Source: Candidatus Dormiibacterota bacterium (GTDB taxonomy: Bacteria; Chloroflexota; Dormibacteria; Aeolococcales; Aeolococcaceae). From it: 64,000 nt of DNA. The notes beneath the pieces are model-generated. The model saw only the letters and a list, made by a program, of their open reading frames with translations. It was not told the DNA's origin and made no database searches. Positions 8,282 to 17,500 of this stretch are shown here, one piece after another. The DNA is taken from contig JBEPVD010000015.1 in NCBI GenBank assembly GCA_041691155.1, positions 76 through 64,075 on the forward strand, given 5' to 3'. The position numbers and the translations under genes were made by a program. Numbering within the stretch: position 1 is the first letter of the stretch; each line of letters begins with the position of its first letter.

Positions 8282-9628
8282 ATGCCATCGGCGCCGTGGC
8301 TCGCCGTCGGCACGGTGTGTGTCGGCGCGTTCATGGGCCAGCTCGACGCGAGCATCGTGGCCACCGCGCTGCCGGTCATCCGCACCAACCTACACGCATC
8401 CATCGCCGCTGTCGAATGGGTGGTGCTCATCTATGTGCTCGTGCTGGCCGGCACCGTCGCGGCAGTGGGCAAGATCGCCGATCGAATCGGCCGCAAGTTG
8501 CTCTACACCTATGGCTTCGCGATCTTCGTCGTCGGGTCCGCGGCGTGCGCGTTCGCGCCGTCGCTCGGACTGCTCGTGGCAGCGCGATTCGTGCAGGCGA
8601 TCGGTGCCGTGATGCTCCAGGCCAACTCCTATGCGCTGATTCGCGACGTACTCCCGAGTTCGCGCCTCGGCGCGGGGCTCGGCATACAGGGCGCCGCGCA
8701 GGCGGTTGGCCTGAGCTTCGGCCCGGCGCTCGGCGGCGCGCTCACCGCGCTCGGTGGCTGGCGTCTGATCTTCCTGGTGAATGTGCCGATCGGCCTCATC
8801 GGACTCGGGCTCGGGTGGTTCCTGCTGCCGAGGAGCACGCATCACGACCCGGAGAGCCGCATCGATCCATCCGGGACACTCCTGCTCGCGGCAATTCCAG
8901 CCGCGCTGCTGGCTGCCCTGTCTTTCGCAGCGCAAGCGGACACACCGATATGGACCGAACCGATCCTGATCGGTGTCGCAGTGGTACTCCTCATCGCGGC
9001 AGTGCTGCGCCAGCGAGGTGTCCCCGGATCGGTGGTCGACGCGGGGCTGATTCGCGTTCCCGCATTCATCGCGGGCATCAGCGCGGCGTTGCTTTCCTAC
9101 ACCGTCCTGTTCGGGTGTTTGGTGGCGGTTCCCTTCTTCCTCGAGAACAAGCGCCACATCGATACGTTCACCGCGGGACTGGAGCTGACCGTTTTGCCGG
9201 TGACGCTGGCGCTCGTGGCGCCACTCGGCGGCCTGATCCGCGACCGCGCGGGACCTCGCGTGCCGACCGGCGCCGGGATGCTGATCACGGCAGCGGGCAT
9301 GGGGGTGCTCGCGGCATCGGAGACGCGACCAGGTCTGCTCGTCGCGGGCCTGGTGATCGCGGGCGCCGGGATGGGACTCTTCGTGGCAGCCAACAACGCT
9401 GCGACCATGTTCGCCGCACCTCGGCAGCGTGCCGGGGCCGCCGGTGGGCTCCTCAACATGGCCCGCGGTCTCGGCACCGCGCTTGGTGTGTCGCTCACAT
9501 CGCTGGTCTTCGCCACCGGGCGAGGCCTCACCTCGGTCGCGATCCTGCTGCTTGCACTCGCCGTGCTCGCCGGCGCCGTCAGCGTGACCTGGACGAAGTC
9601 GACGGCCGGCGAGCGATCCGCGGCCTGA
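8282..9628 (+). CDS. MFS transporter (DHA2/EmrB-QacA-like drug:H+ antiporter)
   Basis: ATG at 8282 (MPSAPWLAVG). Motifs GKIADRIGRK and LIFLVNVPIG and many TM helices. The upstream part of ORF 8204 is unlikely to be coding. Confidence 0.9.
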   Translation: MPSAPWLAVGTVCVGAFMGQLDASIVATALPVIRTNLHASIAAVEWVVLIYVLVLAGTVAAVGKIADRIGRKLLYTYGFAIFVVGSAACAFAPSLGLLVAARFVQAIGAVMLQANSYALIRDVLPSSRLGAGLGIQGAAQAVGLSFGPALGGALTALGGWRLIFLVNVPIGLIGLGLGWFLLPRSTHHDPESRIDPSGTLLLAAIPAALLAALSFAAQADTPIWTEPILIGVAVVLLIAAVLRQRGVPGSVVDAGLIRVPAFIAGISAALLSYTVLFGCLVAVPFFLENKRHIDTFTAGLELTVLPVTLALVAPLGGLIRDRAGPRVPTGAGMLITAAGMGVLAASETRPGLLVAGLVIAGAGMGLFVAANNAATMFAAPRQRAGAAGGLLNMARGLGTALGVSLTSLVFATGRGLTSVAILLLALAVLAGAVSVTWTKSTAGERSAA

Positions 9629-9686
9629 CGCGGCCCGACGTCGCGGAAGGCGCCTCCAGTCACCCGTCCTCGGGAGAGCACTACCG

Positions 9687-10751
9687 TTAGGCGGCGGCGG
9701 GCTCCGCGGGATACCAACGCTCGGGTCGTCCCGCTTTGCGCCGCGCGCGCCCCGTGCTCTCCAGCAGCACCAGGTGGGCGAGTGTCTCCCCGACGGCAGC
9801 CCGGCGCATGAAACCGCGGATCTGGCTCCAGTCCCGCGACCAGTGCATGTGCAGGGTGATGTCCCAGCAGGTTGCGCCGGGCGACGCCGCCACGACGGCG
9901 GCAGCCTCATCGAGGCGGCTGCGGTGATGCTCGAGCAGTTCGTCGACCCGAGCATCCAGCCCCCGGAAGCGCCATTGATGGGCGGGGAGCACCTCATCGA
10001 CATCGAGGTCACGGACGCCTCGCAGCGCGTCGAGGAAGTCGGCGAGTGGGTTGATCGGCTGCTGCACGTGGACGGCCACGCTGGGACTGATCCGCGGGAG
10101 GACGTGATCGCCGCTGAACAGCAGCCGCCTATGCCGGTCGAGGAAGCAGACATGACCAGGCGAGTGACCTGGGGTGTGCAAGGTCACAAGATCCCAACCC
10201 GGAATGGGGACGGCCACTTGGTCCTCGAGGAGCACGTCGGGCTCAGCCACTGCGACGAGCTCGCGAATCCCCAACGAGGCGCTGGTGAGGTCGCCTCTGA
10301 TCTCCTCGGGCACCCCGGCGACCACCAGGAGGTCGTCCATGTCGGCCATGAGCCGGTCCATGCCCAGCCCATACCTCCCGGTGATCAGCGCCGCGTCGGC
10401 CGGGTGGAGCGCCACCCAGGCCCCCGAGGCCTCGCGCAACCGGCCGGCGAGCCCGTAGTGATCGGGGTGGATGTGCGTGATGAGGATCGCCTGCACATCA
10501 CTCGGCGTGTAGCCAGCGACCGCCATCCCCGCCACGAGCTCGCTCCATGCCTCCTCGGTGCTCCACCCGGTGTCGATCACGGCAAGGCCGCGGTCCAGCT
10601 CCAGCAGATAGACGAGGACGTAGCGCAGCGGGTTGTTCGGTATGGGCACCGGCACCGACCAGAGGCCGGGACGCACGCGCTCCACCTCGGGAAGTCCGAC
10701 GGAATCCCAGGAGCGCCGCTGGTCGATTCCGGTGACTTCGACGCCGCCCAC
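9687..10751 (-). CDS. MBL-fold metallo-hydrolase
   Basis: This is the C-terminal 355 codons of ORF 9687..11381(-). HIHPDHYG and TPGHSPGH metal-binding motifs. The GTG start at 10751 lies 10 nt after the stop of the upstream hydrolase gene. Confidence 0.85.
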   Translation of the reverse strand: MGGVEVTGIDQRRSWDSVGLPEVERVRPGLWSVPVPIPNNPLRYVLVYLLELDRGLAVIDTGWSTEEAWSELVAGMAVAGYTPSDVQAILITHIHPDHYGLAGRLREASGAWVALHPADAALITGRYGLGMDRLMADMDDLLVVAGVPEEIRGDLTSASLGIRELVAVAEPDVLLEDQVAVPIPGWDLVTLHTPGHSPGHVCFLDRHRRLLFSGDHVLPRISPSVAVHVQQPINPLADFLDALRGVRDLDVDEVLPAHQWRFRGLDARVDELLEHHRSRLDEAAAVVAASPGATCWDITLHMHWSRDWSQIRGFMRRAAVGETLAHLVLLESTGRARRKAGRPERWYPAEPAAA

Positions 10752-10761
10752 GCGCCCGGTC

Positions 10762-11607
10762 TCAGCCCTTGCCGATCGGATTCGCGGCGAGGTGGTCGAG
10801 CACCACGTCCGCCACATCGTCCCAGTGCTCGTCAGGGATCCAATGCGAGCCGCCCTCGAGCTCGAGCAAGTGGTAGTCGCCCGTGCAGTGTTTGGCGGTG
10901 AGCTCGGTTGCCTCGCGCGTGAACACCGGCTCCTGGTCTCCCCAGATATGCAGCACGGGGATGCCGACCGAGCCCGACGGCACGCGCTCCTCGCCCATCG
11001 CTCGATACCAGTTGAAGGCGCCGGTGGGGCCGATGGCTCGAAGCGCGGCCACGTCGCGATGGGCGTGCTCCGGGCTGAGCCCGGTCGCGGTGAACACGGT
11101 CTCGGCGACGATCCCGCCCGCTGCGTCGAAGAGCGTCTCCGCGACATGGGGGAGGCGCATCGCCCCGATGTACGCCATTCGGACTCGCTGCTTCGCGCCG
11201 TGGAGGGCCTCGCGCAGCGCGGCGCTGTGCGGTGTGGCAACGGCGATGAGCGATCGGACGCGCTGGGGATGCGTTCCCGCAAGGGTCCAGGCCACAACGC
11301 CGCCCCAGTCGTGGCCGGCGAGGTGGAAGCGCTCGCGTCCCAGGACGGAAGCGATGGCGAGCGCGTCCTCGGTGAGCTCACTCATCCGGTACGCATCGAC
11401 AGCGGCGGGATACGCTCCGGCGGAGTACCCACGCTGGCTCGGCGCCACGGCCCGGTAGCCGGCGTTCCCAAGTGTTGTCAGCGCGTTGTGCCAGCACGTG
11501 GCCATCTGGGGGAAGCCGTGCAACAGGAGGACCAGCTCGCCGTCCGCCGGGCCTGCGATGAGCGCGTCAAAGCGCAGACCGCGCGCAGCTATGGTCGTGT
11601 GTTTCAC
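10762..11607 (-). CDS. alpha/beta hydrolase (epoxide-hydrolase/haloalkane-dehalogenase-like)
   Basis: HGFPQ oxyanion region, nucleophile elbow GHDWGG and C-terminal GSHW. The GTG start at 11607 (VKHTTIAARGLRF) is preferred over the ORF-track start at 11685. Confidence 0.85.
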   Translation of the reverse strand: MKHTTIAARGLRFDALIAGPADGELVLLLHGFPQMATCWHNALTTLGNAGYRAVAPSQRGYSAGAYPAAVDAYRMSELTEDALAIASVLGRERFHLAGHDWGGVVAWTLAGTHPQRVRSLIAVATPHSAALREALHGAKQRVRMAYIGAMRLPHVAETLFDAAGGIVAETVFTATGLSPEHAHRDVAALRAIGPTGAFNWYRAMGEERVPSGSVGIPVLHIWGDQEPVFTREATELTAKHCTGDYHLLELEGGSHWIPDEHWDDVADVVLDHLAANPIGKG

Positions 11608-11675
11608 CGCCACTGCATGGGAGCGTACCAGGCAGGCCGGCGCCGCACTCCGCAGCCGGCGCCGGTTGCGGCACC

Positions 11676-12479
11676 ATGCCGTCAATGACCGATGCGCTCT
11701 TCACTCCCGACAAGGGTCGATTCATGCCCAGCGACCACACGCGTGGGCCCTGGGATCGCGCGGCGATGCACGGTGGGCCCCCGGCGGCGCTGCTGGGCCG
11801 GGCGATGGAAACCCTGGCGACGGACATCCCGATGGCGGTCGTCCGCACCACCGTCGAGATCTTCCGTCCCGTGCCGCTCCGACCCGTCGAGGTCAAGGCA
11901 CGCATCGAGCGCGAAGGCCGGCGCGTCCAGCTGCTGAGCGCGACGCTCACCGACGGCAATACCGAACTCTGCCGCGCGACCGCGTGGCGAATGCGCATCG
12001 CCGACCTCGGCCTGGATGGGACCGAGTCCGAGATGCCGGTTTCCTCACCCGCCGAGTCGACGCCGCACGTGCCCGAAAGCAGCGATCCCGCATTCCATCG
12101 GACCGGGGTCGAGATGCGCTACGCGCATGGGTCTTTCGCTGAGCAGGGTCCGGCCGCAGCGTGGATCCGCCTCGCGATGCCGCTGGTCGCCGGCGAGACG
12201 CCGTCCCCGCTGCAGCGCGCACTCGCCGCAGCCGATTTCGGCAACGGCGTCAGCTCAGCCTTGCCCTGGGGAGAGTTCCGCTTCATCAACACTGACCTGA
12301 CCGTCTACTTGCACCGCGAGCCGGAAGGTGAGTGGGTCTGCCTCGACGCCGCGACGGTTGTGGAGTCGCGGGGTATCGGCCTTGCGCAAAGTCAGCTCTA
12401 CGACGAGCGCGGACCGGTCGGCCGGTCGCTCCAGGCGCTGTTCATCGATCGGGTGACCACCGCACCACCGAGGGTGTGA
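11676..12479 (+). CDS. acyl-CoA thioesterase-family (double hotdog) protein
   Basis: 267-aa ORF. The GPWDRAAMHGGPPAALL region is typical of TesB-like/thioesterase-family proteins. Divergent from the hydrolase operon. Confidence 0.7.
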   Translation: MPSMTDALFTPDKGRFMPSDHTRGPWDRAAMHGGPPAALLGRAMETLATDIPMAVVRTTVEIFRPVPLRPVEVKARIEREGRRVQLLSATLTDGNTELCRATAWRMRIADLGLDGTESEMPVSSPAESTPHVPESSDPAFHRTGVEMRYAHGSFAEQGPAAAWIRLAMPLVAGETPSPLQRALAAADFGNGVSSALPWGEFRFINTDLTVYLHREPEGEWVCLDAATVVESRGIGLAQSQLYDERGPVGRSLQALFIDRVTTAPPRV

Positions 12480-12489
12480 GGCCCGCGGA

Positions 12490-13200
12490 TCAGGCGCCGA
12501 GCAGGCTCTGCACGCGCGGGTCATCGCGGATCGGAGTCAGGTCCGCGTCCTCGAGCGCGAACGGCACGAGGTCCGGGCTCACGCGCAGCGCTTCGCGCAG
12601 CAGCGGCAGGGCATCGTCGGCCCGTCCGTTGCGCCCATAGAAGCAGGCGAGGTTGTAATCGGCGATCACCTTCTCCTCGGGAAAGAGTTCGACACCGATT
12701 TGATACGCCCACAGCGCCACTGCTTCTGCGCCTTCGGGATCCTCATGCTCCCCCGCCCACGAGGACACGTGCTGCGCCACATGCCCGTGCCCGTTGCCGG
12801 GGATGAGGTGCCAGAGCGCCGAACCACCCGGCCGGTCGCGCAGCAGATTTTCCTCGCTGCTCGCGGACACGGCTTCCATCAAGGCCGCGTAACTCGCCGT
12901 CGCCCCGGCACGGACTTCGGCTGCGGACTCACCGCGGTGCGCCTCGTAGATGACCGCGTTGCGCGCGTCCAGGTCGCGATCGTCAACGGGTCCCTCTGGC
13001 TCTTCGCCGCGACCCACAGCATCAAGGATGTGTGCCGCGTGTTCGCGCCACGCGTTCAGGTGCGCGACGTTATCCTTCGCGGTCCACTGTCCCGCCACGG
13101 GCGTGGGCGTGTCATCGCACAATGCAAGCAGCGCCTCTTCCTTGGCGCGCGCCCGATCGAGCGATTCGAGCAGCCGGTCGCGCAGCGATGCTTCGGTCAC
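12490..13200 (-). CDS. DinB-family protein with C-terminal TPR-like tail
   Basis: The GTG start at 13200 overlaps the helicase stop (GTGA). DinB-type His positions (WTAKDNVAHLNAWREH, HGHVAQH). The C-terminus YNLACFYGRNGRADDALPLLREAL..DLTPIRDDPRV is TPR-like. The N-terminal part of ORF 12490..13527 is rejected. Confidence 0.7.
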   Translation of the reverse strand: MTEASLRDRLLESLDRARAKEEALLALCDDTPTPVAGQWTAKDNVAHLNAWREHAAHILDAVGRGEEPEGPVDDRDLDARNAVIYEAHRGESAAEVRAGATASYAALMEAVSASSEENLLRDRPGGSALWHLIPGNGHGHVAQHVSSWAGEHEDPEGAEAVALWAYQIGVELFPEEKVIADYNLACFYGRNGRADDALPLLREALRVSPDLVPFALEDADLTPIRDDPRVQSLLGA

Positions 13201-16200
13201 GCGGGCAGCATAACGGCGCTCACCCCAGCGTCGCTCCACGCCGCCGCCATCTCGACGAAACGGCAGAGCGCATTGACCAGTCGCATCTGCTCGGGGGTGT
13301 GACAGCGAGCGCGGAGTAACTCCGGCGAGCACACCAGCACTGAGAGACCGCGCGCTCGCGATACCGCGACGTTGAGCCGGTTCAGGCTGAACAGGAACTC
13401 GAGGTTTCGCGGCAGGTCCTCGACGCTCGAGGTCGCCATCGAAAAGATGCTGACCGCAGCCTCCTGTCCCTGAAAACGGTCGACGGTGCCGACTCGCGCG
13501 CCGGCTGGCAACGCTTCGCCCAGACATGCCACCTGCGCGTTGTACGGCGCGACGACGACAATGTCGTCCAGCGTGAGTCGGCGCTCAATGCCCGCGCTGT
13601 CTCGCCACATGGAACTGGTCAGCTGATCGACGATCTCGCCCACCCGCGATGCCTCTGCGTCGGAGTGCACACGGTCGCCCGCGTGTACAACCGGCGCGGT
13701 GCGGAGCCCTGTCAGCAACGTCCTGTGTTCAAGCACGGCCTGGGTGGCGCACTCCGGTTCCGAGCCGAGCTTGCTCCCATAGAACGACCGCGAGACGAAA
13801 GCGCACACGTCCGGGTGCATGCGCCATGTGCGGTCGAGGAGCACGCCGCGATCGGGCGCGATGATCACGCCCCCACCGAGGAGATGGTCGAGGGCCGACA
13901 CACCCACGCCGGTCGGGTGGCTTCCCTGCAGCGGCTGCGCAAGCTGGCGGGGATCACCGACGAGGACAATGTGCTGCCCGGCACGTGAGACTGCGAGCAC
14001 GTCGGCCAGCGACATCTGGCCGGCCTCGTCGACGATGAGGGTGTCGAAACGGCCCTCGACGCCCGGGCGCGCGAAATGCCACGAGGTCGCGCCCACGACG
14101 TCGACGGCCGCTTCATCAAGCGCGGCTTCGACGTCGCCGTTCGTCCTCGCCATGTGAATGAACTCGGTGCCCTCGCGCGATGACCGCAGGTGGAGCATCC
14201 GCGGCATCCAGCCATGCGCCGGCGCGAGCTCCTCGACTTTGGCGAGCAGCGTCCGTATGGCGCTGTGCGAAAGCGCCGTGACACCGATCGGCCCGCGGCC
14301 CTCCTTGAGCAAGGCGAGGATCGCCTCAGCGGCAGTGTGAGTCTTCCCGGCACCGGGCGGGCCCTGGATCGGCAGACAGCCCTCATCCAACGAAAGGATG
14401 AGCCGGATCGCCGCTGCGCTCGCCGATTCATCCGGTTCTCGAGCGGCACAGACGACCCCGTTCAGGAGCCGGGGTGGCACGCGAACGAGGAGGTCTCTCG
14501 CGGGCCGCCAATCGCCCACCGCGTCGATGCCGTTGGCCGCCACCCAACGGCCGAGGTCGAGCAGCGATTCCTGCTGCGCGTTGGTCGGAATCGGCCGTGC
14601 CGGGATCAAGAACTGCACCATTCCCAAGCGCGCACTGGCTGCGGAGCGCGACAGGGTGATCTCCCCGCGGCCCGAGTCGATCTCGATGACCTCCCCGACG
14701 GCAGCCGGGCCACCGCCCCTGGACTTCAACTGCGGATCGAGCGGATGGTCACCGGCCGCGATGTGGTGCTCCTGCGGTTCGAACCGGTAGCGCTCGATGG
14801 CGCGGCCTTCCTCGTCGTGGGCACCGATCAACGTCAGCGGCCCGAGCGCGTAGGTGTCCCGCTCGAGCTCCTCGCGCGTCATCGCCAGCTGGTCGAAGTG
14901 ACGCCACCATCCCACCTTGCCTTCGCGCCGGTGAAACGAGAGCAGCGGCGCGAGCAGACCGGTCGCGCGCTGCGCGTCGGTCCGCTCCTCCGGGTCCTCT
15001 GGTAATGAAGTCAGCAGCGCGTCGGCGACGGCCTGCGTGGCAGCGATCTTCGCGTCCTGCGTCTCCGATGTCTCGTCGATCGTCGGCGGTCGTTCGATCG
15101 GCGCACCACGCAGTCGCTCCTCCTCGACACGACGTGCTTCGAGCCAGTTGCGCAGCAGGCGGGTCGACTCGCAGTCACGCTCGTTGTACAAGGCGATCTC
15201 GTCGAGGAGCTCGCTATTACCGCTACCGCCGTCCTCGCGGCTGACCAGCCAGCGCTCGTACATCACCATGCTGCCTGCGGCATCGGCGATCGACTCCGCG
15301 CGCGCCGGCATGTACAGCCGCTCCACTTTCTTGAGCGAATACGAGTCGGTGGAGAGGCGTATCCCCTGGCGAACCACGCGATAGAGATCGACGAGGATCT
15401 CGTTGCGCAGCAACCGATCCACCTCCTCCTCACGGGTGCCGTGACGGCTCATCAGCCGTCGCACCGCCGTCTTCTCGTAGGCGGCGTAGTGGTAAATGTG
15501 CATATCGGGAAAACGGTTGAGCTTTGCGATGGCAAAATCGACGAAATCCTCGAATGCCTGCCGTTCTCCGGCATCGTCGTGCCCCCACCAGGCGTGGTAC
15601 TCACCGTTGGGCTCGACCGCCCCGAAGAGATACTCGAGCGGTGTGTCACGCGCAAGTCCGTCGCCTTCCATGTCGAAAAAGATGTCCCCCGCCGACGGCG
15701 ACGGCAGCGAGCAGAGCCCCAGTCCAACCTCCCAGGCGTCGAGCAGTTCGTGGCGCGGCGAGCCGTCCGGGTAGGGGCCCTCATGCTGGAGCGCTGCCTG
15801 CGCGCGCAACTCGCGAAACGTTGCGGGGTCCATGTTCCCCGGTGGGTCTCGGTCGGGCGACTGCTGCGCCAGGGCCGTCATGGTCGGAACGCCGTACGAC
15901 CGCAGGGCGACCGCCTGTCCGGATCGCATACGCGCGACCTGGGACAGATGATCGTCGTTGCGCCGCTGCGCGACGCAGCGTGCGTTATACCCGCAGGTGT
16001 TGCAGTGGTCGACGGGGTTGGGATAAGTGTCACCGACCTCGACGAGCATCGTCGTCTCGAAATCGCATTTCACAGTCGCGTGGTACGCGGAGAATTCGTC
16101 CAGGCGGTACGAATGCTCAACGCCGTCGCCGAGGATGACGTGCATCATGGCGGGAGCGGTTCCCTGGAGCCGGTCGAGATGCGCCGAGTACTCGCACAGT

Positions 16201-16664
16201 TGCAGCAACGCTTCGGAGCGCACACGACGGGCCAGCTTGGCGTCGGCGGCCTCGTAGGAGAACGGCCAGCGAGCACTCGGCGTCTCGACCCGCAGCAGGA
16301 AGTCCGCCCGGCCCATCCATCGGCCGTCAAAGAACGTGGGCTGATAGATGACGTCGTAGCCGGCGCTCATCGCCTGGACGGTGTCGGCTTCCAGCGCGTG
16401 CAGCTCGGATGCCGAGCTCGCGAATCGATCCTGTTCGTCGTCGAAGGCCTTGATATGCAGACCGCGCGCTCGCAGAGCCTCGAGGTGGCCCTGTTCGTGC
16501 CCGGCGCCGAGCCGGGAGAGCACTTCGCTGAGCGCCGACTCATCGCGCTCGATGACCTCACCGCCGGCGGCCCGCCGCTTCAGTGTCACCAGGTGACCGC
16601 AGGCGAGAAAGTCGCAGAGGTCGGTCGCCGTGTAGACGGGCCTGCCGTCCTTGAGGTAGCGCAT
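13197..16664 (-). CDS. three-module nuclease-helicase: Cas4/RecB-like PD-(D/E)XK nuclease with Cys cluster, RNase-H-like exonuclease fold (TM0106-family) and SF1 DNA2/UPF1-type helicase
   Basis: 1155 aa. The N-terminus has DLCDFLACGH, EAADAKL and CNTCGYNARC (an Fe-S style Cys cluster). The middle has IFFDMEGD, YHYAAYE and YNERDC (DEDD/RNase-H-like). The C-terminus has GPPGAGKTH (Walker A), IVDEAGQ, LVGDPRQL, VDRFQGQE and LNVAVSRAR (SF1 AAA_11/AAA_12 motifs). Confidence 0.9.
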   Translation of the reverse strand: MRYLKDGRPVYTATDLCDFLACGHLVTLKRRAAGGEVIERDESALSEVLSRLGAGHEQGHLEALRARGLHIKAFDDEQDRFASSASELHALEADTVQAMSAGYDVIYQPTFFDGRWMGRADFLLRVETPSARWPFSYEAADAKLARRVRSEALLQLCEYSAHLDRLQGTAPAMMHVILGDGVEHSYRLDEFSAYHATVKCDFETTMLVEVGDTYPNPVDHCNTCGYNARCVAQRRNDDHLSQVARMRSGQAVALRSYGVPTMTALAQQSPDRDPPGNMDPATFRELRAQAALQHEGPYPDGSPRHELLDAWEVGLGLCSLPSPSAGDIFFDMEGDGLARDTPLEYLFGAVEPNGEYHAWWGHDDAGERQAFEDFVDFAIAKLNRFPDMHIYHYAAYEKTAVRRLMSRHGTREEEVDRLLRNEILVDLYRVVRQGIRLSTDSYSLKKVERLYMPARAESIADAAGSMVMYERWLVSREDGGSGNSELLDEIALYNERDCESTRLLRNWLEARRVEEERLRGAPIERPPTIDETSETQDAKIAATQAVADALLTSLPEDPEERTDAQRATGLLAPLLSFHRREGKVGWWRHFDQLAMTREELERDTYALGPLTLIGAHDEEGRAIERYRFEPQEHHIAAGDHPLDPQLKSRGGGPAAVGEVIEIDSGRGEITLSRSAASARLGMVQFLIPARPIPTNAQQESLLDLGRWVAANGIDAVGDWRPARDLLVRVPPRLLNGVVCAAREPDESASAAAIRLILSLDEGCLPIQGPPGAGKTHTAAEAILALLKEGRGPIGVTALSHSAIRTLLAKVEELAPAHGWMPRMLHLRSSREGTEFIHMARTNGDVEAALDEAAVDVVGATSWHFARPGVEGRFDTLIVDEAGQMSLADVLAVSRAGQHIVLVGDPRQLAQPLQGSHPTGVGVSALDHLLGGGVIIAPDRGVLLDRTWRMHPDVCAFVSRSFYGSKLGSEPECATQAVLEHRTLLTGLRTAPVVHAGDRVHSDAEASRVGEIVDQLTSSMWRDSAGIERRLTLDDIVVVAPYNAQVACLGEALPAGARVGTVDRFQGQEAAVSIFSMATSSVEDLPRNLEFLFSLNRLNVAVSRARGLSVLVCSPELLRARCHTPEQMRLVNALCRFVEMAAAWSDAGVSAVMLPA

Positions 16665-16912
16665 CAGCGCACCATCCTCGCGCGCCGGAGGCCGCGTTCG
16701 CGCGGAAGGGGGAGGCTGAGCTGGCGGCTCGACCGCCGGTCCGTCCGTGCTCGATCGGGTGGCGGGCCGGATGTGCCGGCGAGCCTGGTCGAGCGTGCGG
16801 ATGCGGTTCCGAAGAGGTCGGCTCTCGCGGCCAGGAGCGCCTGAGCGCGCCGGAGATACGAACCCTCCGGCGTCACATCGCTGTCGGCCGGTGTCGTCGC
16901 GGAGGTGGCCAT
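16664..16912 (-). CDS. possible 82-aa Arg-rich small protein upstream of the nuclease-helicase
   Basis: ATG at 16912. Its TGA shares one base with the helicase ATG (TGATG at 16662..16666). Hand-counted third-position GC is about 80 percent in a region with no gene on the other strand. The sequence is low-complexity and I recognise no family. Confidence 0.3.
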   Translation of the reverse strand: MATSATTPADSDVTPEGSYLRRAQALLAARADLFGTASARSTRLAGTSGPPPDRARTDRRSSRQLSLPLPRERGLRRARMVR

Positions 16913-16933
16913 GCCGAGACGATGCGGGGGCAC

Positions 16934-16960
16934 CGCGACAGGTGCCTGTCGCGATAGGGT
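16934..16960 (+). promoter_or_regulatory. perfect 20-bp palindrome (cgcgacagg-tg-cctgtcgcg) abutting a TAGGGT -10 box for a leaderless GNAT-WYL-msrB-recQ transcript
   Basis: The palindrome is at 16934..16953. TAnnnT (tagggt) is at 16955..16960 and ends 6 nt before the ATG at 16967. That spacing is expected for actinobacterial leaderless mRNAs. Confidence 0.45.
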
Positions 16961-16966
16961 GCGCGG

Positions 16967-17491
16967 ATGGCTGTGGAGATCAAAATCCGGCCGGTCCGCG
17001 CCACCGAATACGCCGCCGCCGGCGAGGCGACCGCCCTCGCGTACCAGGAGTTCGCACCGTCGAGATCGCCGGGATGGCGCGCCTACATCGCGAGGATCGC
17101 CGACGTCGCCGCCCGCGTTGACCGGACCACGGTGCTGGTCGTACATGTCGACGGCGTCCTCGCGGGGTCGGCGACGCTGGAACTCGACCAGCGCATGAAT
17201 ACGTCAGCCGTACCACTCGCCGAAGACGAGGCGCACCTCCGCATGCTCGGCGTCCACCCGGACTTTCGTGGACGGGGCGTGGGACGAGCCCTGGTCATCG
17301 CCTGCATCGACCTTGCGCGAGCGCGCGGGAAACACCGGCTGACCCTCGACACGTCCCCGGTGATGCTCGCCGCCCAGCAGATGTACGCGGCGATGGGCTT
17401 CGCCGCAACCGGCGCGTACCGCACCCCGGACGGCGTCGACCTGCTCGGCTACAGGCGCGACCTCGTGTCAGAGGCCTCGACGACTCGCTAG
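16967..17491 (+). CDS. GNAT-family N-acetyltransferase
   Basis: Acetyl-CoA motif LGVHPDFRGRGVGRALV, followed by YAAMGF. Confidence 0.9.
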   Translation: MAVEIKIRPVRATEYAAAGEATALAYQEFAPSRSPGWRAYIARIADVAARVDRTTVLVVHVDGVLAGSATLELDQRMNTSAVPLAEDEAHLRMLGVHPDFRGRGVGRALVIACIDLARARGKHRLTLDTSPVMLAAQQMYAAMGFAATGAYRTPDGVDLLGYRRDLVSEASTTR

Positions 17492-17500
17492 GCTCATCGC

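Noticed and set aside
16934-16960. Possible match of the palindrome region to the mycobacterial PafBC/RecA-NDp promoter motif (TGTCRGTG-N8-TAnnnT).
   Set aside because: Only the TGTCG core and a TAnnnT hexamer are present. The spacing and the GTG half do not fit, so I do not claim it is a RecA-NDp promoter.
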